64,000 nt of DNA from NCBI RefSeq assembly GCF_000315625.1, contig NW_005434593.1, positions 254,915 to 318,914 on the forward strand. Reading direction: 5' to 3'. This document shows positions 1 to 12,019 of the stretch, in pieces (the stretch's first letter is position 1; every line of letters begins with the position of its first letter). Source of the stretch: Guillardia theta CCMP2712 (lineage: Eukaryota; Protista; Cryptophyta). Made by a program: the position numbers and the translations under genes. The notes beneath the pieces were generated by a model. The model worked only from the letters and a program-made list of their open reading frames with translations, did no database searches and was not told where the DNA came from.

Positions 1-11
1 CAAGAAACCCC

Positions 12-1901
12 CTAGATCGACTTTGAGTTCGAGCTCGAGCGTCGTCGTTGTTGCTTCGCCCTAGTCTTGGTCTTCTTCCCGACGGAGCTCGGGACTTCTT
101 CTGCCTCCTGCTCCTGCTCCTCCCCCTCCTCGCACTTCTCTGACATCACAGACGCCTCGTCTTCGTTTCTTCCTTGTTCAACACAAACGTCGCTCCAGAC
201 CTTGACGAGTCTCTGTCAGCTCGTCGGAGTCTCAGCACAAACCTACTTGTCTCTCTTGCACACAGTCACTCATCGGCCTGAAATCTTCGTCGGGAGGATA
301 CCTGCGCATCGTCATGTCCTGCTCAACCATCATCTTCATCCTTCACTGACCGGAAGGTGGGGCCAAAGTTTGCCTTCGCTCCTCCACCGTAATAGAAGGA
401 GGCCGCCGGGTAATAGATCCCCTGCCACACATCGACAAACGCGTCTCCTGCTGCTGATCGTGACTAGAGGCGGAGGGAGAAGCAGATGGAGGATTAGAAG
501 TCGATCCCGACGAAGGCAACGAGGGGGCGTAGGAGGAGAGGAAGAACGAGGGGAGGAGAGGAGGAGGAGGGAAGGAGGAGAAGCAAGACCTTGTCGCTCT
601 CCGTTCTTGAAGAAAGATATCCTTGACCCTTGGCAAAGATTCGGTTCCTCGGGTATCCAGTAATGGCACCACAAAGGGCAGTGGTATCGACTTCCAACCT
701 AACCGGGACCAAGGCCAGTCAAGATGCGGCGAGGAGGAGGTAGGAGAGGCGATCTGACGCACATTCAAGAGCTTCGGATTGATGGGGCTGGGCGGCTTTG
801 ACGGCAGCTCGATCAGGCAGCCGATGACGTCTCCGTTGCCGTACTTGCTTCCGAACTCCCTCCCCCTGCTCCTGCGCACTTGTCAGTTCCCAGTGCAGAC
901 AGGGTGGGCTGCTCATGCAGACCTGTGATAGGCTGCTCCCTCTCGACTTCCGTAGGCATAGCTGAACCTGGACACTGACTTCACCTCCTGTCCTCCACTT
1001 CCTCCTTGCGATATCACCCGGCCTCGCCATCATCGCCCTCGGTCACCAGCGAGTACCTTCATTCGTGTCACCACCCCCCAGCGCCTGAGACTGTATCCCC
1101 TCTCACCCTATCGGAGCATCCATGTCCTCCCAGGGCACTCGATCCATGGCCCATCCAACACGGCAGTGGCACATGTCAGGAGGCCCTCTGTCAACCAACA
1201 CTTCAGCCATACAGCATAGCCACATGGGGATAGTGAAAGAACATTGCATGTTACTGCTGCATGCTTCGTCGACATAACAGCGCCTCGTACGGCTCATCGC
1301 ACGTGACATGCTCTGCCCCTCTCGCTTCTCACCTCGTCACGCTCGAGCTGTAGTCCACGATCTCGAGCTCGAAGAACCACGTCCCTTCGCTCACTCCGTG
1401 CGTCGCCCTCACTGACCGATGCCCACCGAGGCAGTAGGCCGTCTCTCCTCCTGGCTCCAGTCGCACGCTCTCATCCTTGTCCACGGAGCTCCAGCGCACT
1501 GGAAGTGCTGCTGATCCTGTCGTCCTCTCTTCCTCTATGGGCAGAACAACTTGAACGAGTTTCGTCTTAGCTAAGATGCTCTCGTCCACGAAGTCGAGGT
1601 GATACCGCCCTTTTCTTCTCTTCTTTACAGCTTCGTTCGCATTGTTCGACATGTGAAATAAGAGCTGAAACAAGAGCTGCGCGCGGCAAAAGTTTGTACT
1701 AACCTTCGATACTTCTCTCCTCTACCTGCTATACCTATCCTCCCTGCTCCTCCTCCTTCTCCCTCAACACATTCCTCCCCCCCTCCTCCTCATTCACTCT
1801 CCTCCCTTGCTCTGCTTGTCCCCAACGTCAACGTCGGGAAGTGAGAGGTCTGGCTTCAGAGCCCAGTGCACCACCGAGCTTCCACTCATCATCCCCGCCA
1901 T
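12..1901 (-). CDS. ASH2: ASH2/Bre2-like SPRY-domain protein (Set1/COMPASS subunit), multi-exon; start uncertain
   Basis: Spliced exons give RSVRATHGVSEGTWFFELEI...CRVGWA...APIG...FSYAYGSREG..YHRS...YGNGDVIGCLIELP...GSRISFFKNG...YYPAASFY...NFGPTFRYPP, the motif order of the ASH2L SPRY domain; stop at 12-14. Confidence 0.85.
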
Positions 1902-2572
1902 AGTCGCCCCTAGCAAAGCCGCTAGCTCCCTTACTCGCATGGTGCCGGGTGCGATCGCTAGTTGTGAGACCCGGCGCTCTAGGTATGGGACGTTGGAGTT
2001 CCGTTACAATAAAGGCTTCGCTGACCGTTACTTTATACGTTACAAACTGTAACGACATGGGTTGTTCGTTCCCAACAGGCACGATGCCGAGTGCAAGGCA
2101 GGGAGGAGGAGGAGAAGGAGAGGAGGAGGGGAGGGGAGGGGAGGAGAGGATGGTAGAGACGGGAGGAGAGACACATGAAGGAAAGAGGGGCGCAGAGGGG
2201 ACAGGAAGGGATAGTAAGGGACAGGTGGATCGGAGGGGAGTTGCGAGATAGTGAGGTAGACGAGTAGAAAGATGTAGATAAGGTGGAGACCAAGTCGAAA
2301 CAAGGGACCTGTAGCAAGAGAGACAGAGGAGGGAAAGATAGGAAAAAGGTAGTGGGAGGACGATAGCGAGGAGTAGACTCTCGGTCTGGCAATGAGAAGA
2401 TTTGGACCTATACTGTGTTTTGAAGGATTTTGGAATGTGGAAAGGGAAATTTTGTTACTTCATGTCCTTTCATGCCTCTATAGACATCGTCGATGACATG
2501 ATTCTATCAGGAGGTCTCAGGATGTGGCTGAGGAAGTCTTTTCTTCCCTCATCACTATCTCTGAGTGCATGG

Positions 2573-4959
2573 ATGCGAATTTTCCTGTGCTTACTCGCCA
2601 CAGCCTCTGTGAATGCCGATCCCTTCGGAGGAGATTTCAGGTACAGCATGCTTAGATGGGAGGAAGGATCGACGCCCTTCCAAGCTGTGATCACCCTCCA
2701 TACTTCATGGAGGAAGTCAGCGGTACAGCTGGCCCCAAAGTTCCTGCTGCTAGGGTATCAGAACCCAACGATCTCCATCATTTCAGCTGATTTCAATGTC
2801 TCTTTCTCTGACCTGGTTGCCGATACACGAAACTACAGCCAGGACGCCAACATGGAGACAGCATATAACGGCGGATGGATCATGGGGGAAACGAGAGTGG
2901 TGCAGCAGTTCAAGAGCAAGGGACCGCACAAAGTTACTTTCTCCGGATGTTGCTGGTATGGGAGCACCAACAACTTCTACCAAGAGATGTACATAGACTT
3001 CTCAACGGTGAAGATAGAGATTGTTCTTGTTGTTATCCTTCTCTGATGTCCTCGATTTGCAGAAATACTCTGCAAAGCTCTTCGGTCTACAGCACGTTAG
3101 CGTAGGGCCAGGTTCCTCTTTTATTATCCCAGCTCTTCGGCCATACCCCACTCAGCCGGAGTTGTACAAGTACTCTTGGTCGTTCTGCTCAGATTCTCTG
3201 GGATTGACTCTGGACGAAGCAACGGGGAAGCTGACTGTTCCGTCTTCTCCACCGCCATCGAAGCTGAATTCGTTGAACTATCTCTGCGTCAAGAACTCTC
3301 TCCAAGGATCAATGTCCTCCAGCTCTACCTTGTTCCTGCTGGCCTACGATGCGACCCAGGCGCCAGCCTTGGCGGTGCAGAGCCTGTACCCAATGTCAGA
3401 CTCCAGCCTCCCTGACGTCCTGGGGAACTATACCTTCTATACCGGGTTCCCTATCTTCCTTAACCTTTCAGTGCAAGTCGGAGGCGGAGACTTCATGGGA
3501 ATTCTTCAAGATTGGAGCGATCCTTCGCCATTCCAAATGGACTTTGATGGAAAGACCCTGAACCTGACCTGGACGAAGCCTTGCCTTGGCCAGCACAACG
3601 AGTTCATGCACTGCTACAGCTTCTATCGAGGCGTCGAAGTGTCGCGGCCATTCTGTGTGCACATCACACTGCTTGAGGACTCTGCGCCCGTCTTCCTGGT
3701 GACTAGATTGTCATCATGATCGTCCCAAGATTGACGTTTCCACCAGACCCCGAAGCCCTGGACGGAGTTCTACTGGCACATGGGCAAGAGAGGTATTGCG
3801 AGGGTGTTGGTTTCTCGTAGGGGTGGGGATTTGACTTTGTTGTTGAAAGCTTCCTTCGATGTTGTAGTACAAGACATGGCTCCACTCGACCTTATCTCAG
3901 TGCTGGAAATATACACCAAAACGATATTGCCGCCCGAATTTCATGTCGACAGTTATGCGAGGGTGAATGTAGCAAACAATGCAAGGTGAGCAATTCGTCA
4001 GCTGATATCGTTGCCTTCAAACATCGTGCTGATTTTCTTGAACAGCATGTCTCTATCTCTCACAGCACCGCCTATCGCTGGTGGAGGCCGATATCTCGTA
4101 AGAACCTCCTGAATTTCTACGGCCTTGCTGATGCTAAAGACTTTTCCTAGGTTTGCTTCAACGCGTCAGATACTGCTGGCTCACGCTACAGGAACTGCAG
4201 AAGGGTCAGGACTACTTTGTGTCATTGCACAACCAAGTCTTTTGATCCATTGATCAGGGGACAAGGGACTCAAGTCTCTGTGTATATATCAACGTGGAAA
4301 GGTAGAGAATGCTGGTGCGGGAGGTTGAATGCTAATCCATCTACTCTAACAGATGTCGATACGTTGTAAGACCGCGGGAAACCTTGCAAGATATCGCAGG
4401 CTTGTTCTGGACGGACTGGGTACAACTGTGGGCTGTCAATCCAGGTTTGATCCCGCCCCTGCTCTTTCTCTTTGTTCTGCCTATGCTCCTGCTCCTGCCC
4501 CTGCCTATACTCTTGTTCCTGCTCTTGCACTCTTCACTGCAAGTGAACGCTTGCAACAGACATCAGAAATCCAGACACACAAATAGGCTTCAATCCAGAC
4601 TCTAACGCCTTCGGGGCGACGATAAACATCGGTTGCTTCTCACTCTTGGACTTGATCTGCCTTGAGCTGACTCGAACATGGTGCTGCAGGCCACTTGTAC
4701 CAGGTGTCGGTCGGAGACACAGTCGCGAGCGTAGCGTTCAAGGTGATGTGTGTGTGTGCTACTGTACCGTCCCAGCTGACGGTCGGGCTCAGTTCGGGAC
4801 CACCATCAAGAAGCTGCTGCAAACAAACGCGGACATTATCGATCAGGTGGACTCAATCACCTTGAAGGTGCGTTAGAGCAGGAGGAGCCTACGGGTGCTG
4901 ACCGGGCTGCGCAGGAGGCGAGTACACTGTGCGTGATCCCGGACTCGTGCCGACGCTAG
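2573..4959 (+). CDS. Secreted multi-exon protein with two C-terminal LysM domains
   Basis: Signal peptide MRIFLCLLATASVNA (upstream in-frame ATGs at 2498/2522 also possible). Spliced C-terminus CRYVVRPRETLQDIAGLFWTDWVQLWAVNP..NPD...INIGHLYQVSVGDTVASVAFKFGTTIKKLLQTNADI..TLCVIPDSCRR*. Confidence 0.8.
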
Positions 4960-5129
4960 TGGGGGACGCAGTCTTGGTCCTGTGCTGGAGGATGCAGCTG
5001 TCTGAAGCCAGACTACGATGCATGTTAACGGAATAGTCCGCCGAAGCTCTCGATGGCCCGGGAGGGCCACGGGCGATGTATGTTATAGATTCTTTCTACC
5101 GCGATATCAACAAAGCGTTAATCAAGCTG

Positions 5130-5805
5130 TCAGACTGTCGTCTTCTTGGTGAAAGGCTTGATGAACACCCACTTCTTCTTGTCGCTATACTCCTCCTCCC
5201 AAGTCTCTGCACACTCCATCATCTCGCATTCAACACTGCTCTTCCTCTCCTACCTGGATGTTCCTTCTTTAACTTCTCAAACGTCTTGTAGGCTGTGGTA
5301 CTCTGCAGAAACACTTCAAACGATCGAAAAGTCATGCATATGTATACCATGCACACAGCTGTGGGGTCGTCAGGGCTCCTGCCATCGTCGAAATGGTATC
5401 GCCCGTCCAATCGCATGTCAATCAGCGCACCTGAGGGTAGTGCAGTGAGAGAAGGATCATGGTGGCATGTAAGAATGAACATGTAGCCACTGATACATGA
5501 CAGTATGATTCAGAAACACTTGTTGATGTGAATTCAATGTGAATGTCAAGTCAATGTGAATGGCAAGTCAAGGTGGATGAGAAGAGCTGAGGGCGTTGAA
5601 GAGCGGAGGAAGATGAGTCATGGAGTTACCTGTAATGTCGCACACGAAGGGATCCTCGTCCAAGTCATCGGGCTCTTCATGCACATCCTCGACTTCGCCC
5701 TTGTCTACATCATCCACGTTCTTCTCTCCCTCCTCCTTCCTCGCCTCCTCCTTCTCTCCCCTCCTCTCCCCTCCTCCTCCATGGTTGCTGGTTGCTGTCT
5801 GCATG
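5130..5805 (-). CDS. Small acidic hypothetical protein with a degenerate ZZ-finger-like segment
   Basis: Manual splicing gives ...DDLDEDPFVCDITGALIDMRLDGRYHFDDG...AVCMSTTAYKTFEKLKKEHPETWEEEYSDKKKWVFIKPFTKKTTV*, with GT-AG introns. Confidence 0.5.
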
Positions 5806-5822
5806 TGCAAAACGAGACTGGC

Positions 5823-5935
5823 CCGGATACTCCCCGGTCCGGATACTCCCGGATACTCCCCGGTCCGGATACTCCCGGATACTCCACGGTCCGGATACTC
5901 CCGGATACTCCACGGTCCGCCGGATACTCCCGGAG
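5823..5935. repeat. Tandem CCGGATACTC repeat with a 26-bp higher-order unit
   Basis: About 8 copies of CCGGATACTC, alternating with and without a CCCGGT/CACGGT extension; further copies near 6055 and 6247. Confidence 0.9.
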
Positions 5936-6413
5936 TCACGGCGGATCGCTGACTGAGACGGTCCGAGGTCACGGTTGAACCGAAAACGGTACTACTCCCG
6001 CCGGGCCAGTCCGACTCGGACGTCCGATCCGAGTGTCGGATATACGACTGAGTCCCGGATACTCCGGGCCCGGCCAGATCTTCGGCGTTCACCGTGAGTA
6101 TCACGGCGGCGCCGACAGGCCGCTTCAAGTCCGGCCCTCCGGGACTCGCCGGGAGTCCCCGCCGGGCCGGGCCCCCCGCATCAGTACTCCGGACACGGTA
6201 CTAAGGTAGGTAGTAACCGTGAGTTCCCGGCCGCGGCCCGTACGGTCGGATACTACTCGCCGCCCGGTTGAAATCAGTGTTGCAGAACTTCGGAATGGGC
6301 AAAGAGGGTCGGAGTTTGATAAGGATCAGTTTACTTTTTCAACAAGATGCGACTGAAACAGTGACCTTGTCAGTTACACCAGCTAACTTGATGACTGCCT
6401 CCAACGGACGCCG

Positions 6414-7637
6414 TTATCTCGCCAGACTCATTCCGAGAAAGGCAAGGACATTCTCGTTCCCTCCATTCATCTCACAACCCAAACTCGATTGTGAAACCTG
6501 CACAATTTCCGTATCAGTCTGCTGAGAGGGCAAAACCTCACGAAGCACCTCGACATTGGAGAGGCCAGGAAGGCGCAGCGGAGGAAGCACCAACTGAAGA
6601 CGCGAAGTCTGCTGTTTATCTTGGGACCACAGGGACGACAACGGAGGATGAAGCAGAGACCGCGATTGCGCCTGGAACGTCTGCAACACACTTGAGTACA
6701 GATCTGAGCTCCAGGTGTTTGCAGGATTCGCTGGTGAGGCGTCGAGGCTGTACTGCAACCCATGCGCATGCTGATCGCCCAGAGGAGTATGAAGAAGGCT
6801 GACGCTGTCCGACCTCATGCTGCGAAGCTGCGGGGTGACTTCCCCACCGCCGTCATGGTGGAGCACTGCTGAGCATTGCCTCTTGCTGGCTTCCTCGACC
6901 CCGAACCCATCGCTGTGTAGTAACGGAACGGGCCGTTTCACTCCCGCCGTCAGTAGGGTTGACACAGTTGGGAGCGCGAGAGGGTTCCCCAGGGAGGAAG
7001 GAGACAAACTCGACACTAACGCGTCATACCCTCTATCCCGCTGTTCCTCGTCTCCTTGCTGACCCGCATCTTGTCTCCTCGGCCTTCCTGGGCCTGCCGG
7101 CCGCGAAGGCCGCCTGGCTCGTTCCCAGCTGTACCGACTCTCCTGAACAAGCACCTGTGCCTTCAAGATTCTCTCTTCGTCGCATCCTAGCTTCCTCATG
7201 ATCTTGGCACAGTGCACTTTATCTTCCTCGTCGTCCATCGTGTCCCTCCACCTTGCCCGCTTGAACCCATAGCCAGGATTCCCGGGCTTCGCTCGCAGCG
7301 ACGGGACCCGCCGACTCTGTTCCTTTCCATAGATTTGATAGCCAATCTTGTTGAAATGCAATCTCATCCTCTTGTTCTTGACTGCCAGGAGAGAATATGT
7401 CAGAAGGAGAGCATCAGGGTTTATCATCTCATCACCTCCAGCACCGTCCTCCCCCACAATCTCCGGGAAGATTCGCGCGAAGACATGAAACACAGAGTGA
7501 TCGGCGTCCTCCCCACACTCTTGAGGCAGGATGTCTTCGCAGTCAGTGCTTTGTTTGGTTGTGGCTTTGAAGAAACATCTCGCAATGTACGCGTTCTCCT
7601 TGTCCTCGAACCCAACATGGCCGCTCCAGCGCAGCAT
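6414..7637 (-). CDS. Putative lineage-specific DNA-binding protein (globular basic N-terminal domain, low-complexity tail)
   Basis: 407-aa ORF with ATG start. Basic segment HFNKIGYQIYGKEQSRRVPSLRAKPGNPGYGFKRARWRD, followed by an NLS-like RARRPSRP and a S/P/Q-rich disordered tail. Confidence 0.65.
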   Translation of the reverse strand: MLRWSGHVGFEDKENAYIARCFFKATTKQSTDCEDILPQECGEDADHSVFHVFARIFPEIVGEDGAGGDEMINPDALLLTYSLLAVKNKRMRLHFNKIGYQIYGKEQSRRVPSLRAKPGNPGYGFKRARWRDTMDDEEDKVHCAKIMRKLGCDEERILKAQVLVQESRYSWERARRPSRPAGPGRPRRQDAGQQGDEEQRDRGYDALVSSLSPSSLGNPLALPTVSTLLTAGVKRPVPLLHSDGFGVEEASKRQCSAVLHHDGGGEVTPQLRSMRSDSVSLLHTPLGDQHAHGLQYSLDASPANPANTWSSDLYSSVLQTFQAQSRSLLHPPLSSLWSQDKQQTSRLQLVLPPLRLPGLSNVEVLREVLPSQQTDTEIVQVSQSSLGCEMNGGNENVLAFLGMSLAR

Positions 7638-8189
7638 AGTCAGTCGGCAAGTTCAGTTTGCGTCTTTGCTGCAGTGTATGATTCAAAATGCACTCCAAGT
7701 GTCGGAAAGTTTGGACAGTTTCCTGTACAAACAAGATATGTTCATTAATGCAGTCATCATTCGTTGCATTCAAGTGTTGCCCATTCTGTCTTCTGCAAGT
7801 CGTACTGGTAACGAATCGTCCGTTCAAAACAAGCTTCTTTTCCCTCTACACTATTGGGTTGCACTTTCCATCCATGACACACAAACCCTACATTATCTTT
7901 CTATGTATCGTTACATCTTTCATCTATTACCGCAAAGTGTATCCATGTATCTCCGATCAAACCCCTATTGTTTCCCCGTCCCACCACCTTTCATTTTCTG
8001 TTCTGACTGCCTCAATCATTTTTTTGCTCGCCTCGCTTCTTCCACATGGACCTCTGACTTCCTTTCACAGTCTACAAACCCAACATTCTCCTCTCTGTCC
8101 CTTCCGCCATTCTCCTCCCCCCCCCTCCCTTCCAATGCCTTCGTCTCCTCCTGCTTCCTGCCCTAGGCATTCTTTAGGCATCGGCCACC

Positions 8190-8980
8190 AATCGAGAAGG
8201 TTCACCACCCCCTTTGTAAGGACCTTGCAACCTTCTATGTGTGTACCCCTCCACACCAAAGCACAGAGGTAGCACCCTACGACAAATGCACTACCCCCCG
8301 TCCGCCAACGTCCAAATGTTGCGCTGAAGAGATGGTCAGTAGGTGGGGTCATTCTGTGGGGGAATCAATAGAGGATCCTAGAGGGTGGGGGTGATAAAAT
8401 GAAGGGGTTATTATATCTGCTCAACAAGCTAAAATGTGTGCTCATGAGGGTAGGGTACTATTGGATAAGGGGTATAGGGACTGCAGGGGTGGTGTGCGTT
8501 TACAAGTTGGAGGCATTTTACATAGTAAAAAGTCTCCACCCCTTCAAGTACAGAGGAAACGGGGGTCATCATCAAGAAGGGTCAGTTTCGAAGGTCTTAA
8601 TGGTGGGTACTGAAATGGGATTTACGGGGGTGGGGGTGATTGTTTTGAAAACACGTGGAGGTAAATAAAAAACTGAATTTATCTCGAGATCGGACTGACC
8701 ACCCTACCCGTTTCTGGCATGTTAGTACCCTACCCCTCCTTTTCCGAAAGGGAGTACATGAAAAGTCCCAACAATCACCCCACCCACTCTTACACTAGAA
8801 CTTGGTATGATCGCAGGGGTACTCGACCGAAACAGCGACGGTCTCAGGCTCGCGGCCCGGCCCAGCTGGGCCGAGCCCGTACGAGCCTAACAGCGCCGCG
8901 GCTACCGTACAGTTCCCAGAGATGATGGAGGCGGCCGCCGCTGGCCTCGTCCCGACGGTGCCACCGGATTGATCGACGCT
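8190..8980. promoter_or_regulatory. Intergenic module: ACCCC/GGGGT(AC) block plus GC-rich block upstream of the 7637 gene
   Basis: Dense CACCCC/TACCC/GGGGTA words at 8190-8825, then CCGG/GGCC-rich sequence at 8830-8980; non-coding. Confidence 0.45.
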
Positions 8981-9144
8981 ACCCAGAAGTCTGAGTGCAA
9001 ATGTCCCCTGATCGCCACTAGCTTACACCCAGTGCTCAGCATCAGTGCCACGTGTGAAAGTCATGTCACAGAATAAATGTTCTTGAGTAGAATGAACAAC
9101 ATAAATACATCTCTTTAATGCCGACTAAGAAACGAACTTCGGAT

Positions 9145-11460
9145 TCAAATTGAGCCTGCGCGGCATCTCTCCCCGCAGTCCCCATAGCACTCCATCCCTT
9201 CCTCCTTCGCCCGCGGCCGATGCTCCTCGCACCTCGTCTCCCCCGTGTACGGCCTCGACAGCGTCTGCAGGTCCTCGTACACGCGGTACCCCAGGGCTCC
9301 CTCCAGCTCCTCGTCAAGCCAGGCCCCCACCTGCTTCAGCGTCGTAGGGGAGAAGGCGCGAGCGTACTCGCCATGCGTGTAGTAGCGGCGCTTGGACGCC
9401 GACTGCGGGGAGTCCCACTCGTACTTGGCGTGGCGGAAGCCGTTGGGGCAGCTGGCGACGCCGAAGTGCATCATGCACTGGGAGAGCTGCCAGGAGCTAT
9501 GCTTCCTGACGAGCTTGAAGTCTCGCTCCAGCCTGGCCAGGACCTTGATGGGGTCGATGAAGAAGTCTCGGCAGGCGACATGGGAGCTGAAGTCCAGCTT
9601 CTCGTCCGCGACCAGGAACCAGTCTCGCAGCTTCGCGGCCCGCATGGCGAGGATGTTGGGGAACCGCCTCTTCGTGTCCGGGTCTCGGTCCTCCCACTTC
9701 TCACTCATCGTCAGCGGAGGGTCGTACGCTTGGGCCCCGGGCATCCGGCGCTGCACGGACAGCGAGGCGAGCTGCAGCTGGCGCCTCATCGCCTCCCACG
9801 CCTGAGGAGAGACGTCCCAATGCCGCGGCGTCTTGGCGTGGCACAGGAACTTCCCCTCCCTGCATCGCCCCCACGAGCCCTCGCCGTCGTAGCAGCTCGG
9901 CGACGGCGCGAGCTCAAGCCTGGTCTGCACCTGGTAGTTGCTGACGGCCAAGCACTCGAGATCGGGCGAGCTCAAGCCCGGCAAGCCGACGCCAGCCTCG
10001 CGTGCTCGGCTGACCTCTCCGGCGCTCTCAAGGATGTAGTCGGACACGCTCCTCCTCCAGCGCCTCGCGTCCTCGTCGCCGCTCAGCCAGTCGCTGTCCA
10101 GCCCCGTACACAGGAACCTCTCCCCGCACACGGCGCTGCTGTGCGACGGAGGCAAGCAGCTCTCGTGGGGGCTGACGGAGAGGCCGGCGAGCAAGGGAGC
10201 GTTAGCCCTCAGCCCAGGCAGCTCCACGCACGTGTACTCCCTCCCTTGATGCGCACAAGCCGCCCCCGGTACCAAGCGACTCCGGGCGCGATCGCACGGG
10301 ACCACGTTGTCCCCGCGTCCCCATCGCCCCTGACCGTCGTAGGAGGCGGAGACGATGCCGCTGGAGTCCTCGAAGGTCACCCACTCTCGCGCGAGGAAGG
10401 TGGACATGTCGAGGTTATTGTGCACCTCGGCGTAGAAGGGGTGGCGATGCATGGACTCGACCCACTCGTAGGGGCTGCGGGTGACGAGGAGGTTGAGGGT
10501 CTGGGCCTGGTGCCTGACGTCTGCGGAAGGAAGCAAGTCACCGCCAGCCCTCCTCCTCGACCTCGTTCTGCTGCATCTACGCTCTTCATCTTCACTCTGG
10601 TCTCTTGTCTCTTCCTCTCTCGTCTCGCTACTCTCGAGCGCGTGGATACAAGTAACGGGCGTACCTGCATGCCGCAAGTATCCGTGCTTCCATGGTAGGC
10701 CTCCGATGACGCACTCGTCGCCTCCCGGGTCGCCGCAGCCGAGGCGGAAGTTCTGTCGGATCAGCTCCGTCATCAACGTAGTGCAGCTGCTGCGCTCGCC
10801 CCAGATCCAGATCTTGTTGATCCGACGCGGGTCGGTGCCGGGCTTGACGCGGCTGCCGCGCCAGTACCTGCCTCCCTTGCTCTTGAAGCGCTGCCGGTCC
10901 CAGGCCACGTACGCCAGGCCGGTAGGGGCGATGTCCTCCTCCATCATCTCGCGTAGCCGCGTCATGAAGGGGGGGCGGAGGACGAGTCGCTTGTGCCTGG
11001 AGGGGTAGAGGAACTTGGCTTGGAGGGACCTGAAGGGCGAGCTGAGGAAAGGGGAAGGAGGGGGAGGGGAGGAGGAGTTACGGACGGGAGGAGGAGGCTT
11101 TATCTCCTCTGTCAAGCTTATGTCTGTGGACATTTGATCAGACTTGTGCTCGTTTAGTCCCTTTTGGTTTTCTTGCGTCTGTGATTGCACAAAGCTTCTG
11201 GCAGACACATTACTGTCGTGACTTCTGTGATGAGCGTGTTTTGTCGTCTGAATCAAAGAATGGTTTGTCAATGTCGCTGGGTTTTGTTTTTGTTCCATGG
11301 AGTTGAAAGTGTTGAATGTCATCAATGATCGCAACATGGAACGAGGGTACTTGTCCGTCGCGTGTTTGTTTTCCTGGTGCAGCACTACTTGATGGATAGG
11401 TATCATAAGCACCTGGAAGGCCAGACAGAGATACACCATGAACATGCCCCTTGTACGCAT
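9145..11460 (-). CDS. Type II membrane sulfotransferase-like protein, copy A
   Basis: N-terminal hydrophobic anchor, stem, then IWIWGERSSCTTLM (5'-PSB-like loop), PWKHG, LLVTRSPYEWVESM (3'-PB-like) and NILAMRAAKL; likely in-frame intron at ~10521-10663. Confidence 0.75.
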   Translation of the reverse strand: MRTRGMFMVYLCLAFQVLMIPIHQVVLHQENKHATDKYPRSMLRSLMTFNTFNSMEQKQNPATLTNHSLIQTTKHAHHRSHDSNVSARSFVQSQTQENQKGLNEHKSDQMSTDISLTEEIKPPPPVRNSSSPPPPSPFLSSPFRSLQAKFLYPSRHKRLVLRPPFMTRLREMMEEDIAPTGLAYVAWDRQRFKSKGGRYWRGSRVKPGTDPRRINKIWIWGERSSCTTLMTELIRQNFRLGCGDPGGDECVIGGLPWKHGYLRHAGTPVTCIHALESSETREEETRDQSEDEERRCSRTRSRRRAGGDLLPSADVRHQAQTLNLLVTRSPYEWVESMHRHPFYAEVHNNLDMSTFLAREWVTFEDSSGIVSASYDGQGRWGRGDNVVPCDRARSRLVPGAACAHQGREYTCVELPGLRANAPLLAGLSVSPHESCLPPSHSSAVCGERFLCTGLDSDWLSGDEDARRWRRSVSDYILESAGEVSRAREAGVGLPGLSSPDLECLAVSNYQVQTRLELAPSPSCYDGEGSWGRCREGKFLCHAKTPRHWDVSPQAWEAMRRQLQLASLSVQRRMPGAQAYDPPLTMSEKWEDRDPDTKRRFPNILAMRAAKLRDWFLVADEKLDFSSHVACRDFFIDPIKVLARLERDFKLVRKHSSWQLSQCMMHFGVASCPNGFRHAKYEWDSPQSASKRRYYTHGEYARAFSPTTLKQVGAWLDEELEGALGYRVYEDLQTLSRPYTGETRCEEHRPRAKEEGMECYGDCGERCRAGSI

Positions 11461-12019
11461 CTTGCTGACCTGGTACCAGTTGTAGCAGATTGAACAAGTT
11501 GGAAGTTGTGTTTCTTTACGAGATTTTGAAATTCATTGAGCGACGAAAATCTGCTCGCAGCATCTCAGTGGAACGACAGAGACGAAGAAAGAAAAAGCAT
11601 GAAAAATCTTGCAGAAGACTGAAGGGAAAGGGAGGAAGACCCAAAAGGCCATGATGTATGAAATGACTCCCAAGATTATGGGGTTAGGAGCTGAAGCTGG
11701 TTGATAGGGAGAGCAGGAATGCTCATATCAAGATGATATTATTATGATGGAGACAGGGAGAGTTGGAAAGATGGAGAGACTTGAATCAAAAGGAAAGGGA
11801 GGAAGGGAAGGAGAAAACATGAGTGGAGTATTTGAGGAAATGGTTGAGAGAGTCAGAGAGGATATCAGATCAGTCAAGTCTCACAGGGGGAGAACTTGAG
11901 GACCCCAAGAGAGAGGGAAGAAGTAGAAGAGGGAGAGGAAACGGTTGAAGCGGGGGAAGGGCTTGCAGCCGTGTAGGATGAGGCAGGAGGAGGAGATAAC
12001 GATGGGGGAATGGCAAAGA

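Noticed and set aside
4444-4559. Apparent transmembrane helix after the first LysM
   Set aside because: It lies within a GT...AG intron with CCTGCT repeats; splicing it out restores the LysM continuation
5823-5935. Possible CRISPR-like or telomere-like array
   Set aside because: No unique spacers, no cas genes, eukaryotic context; the unit is not a recognisable telomeric repeat
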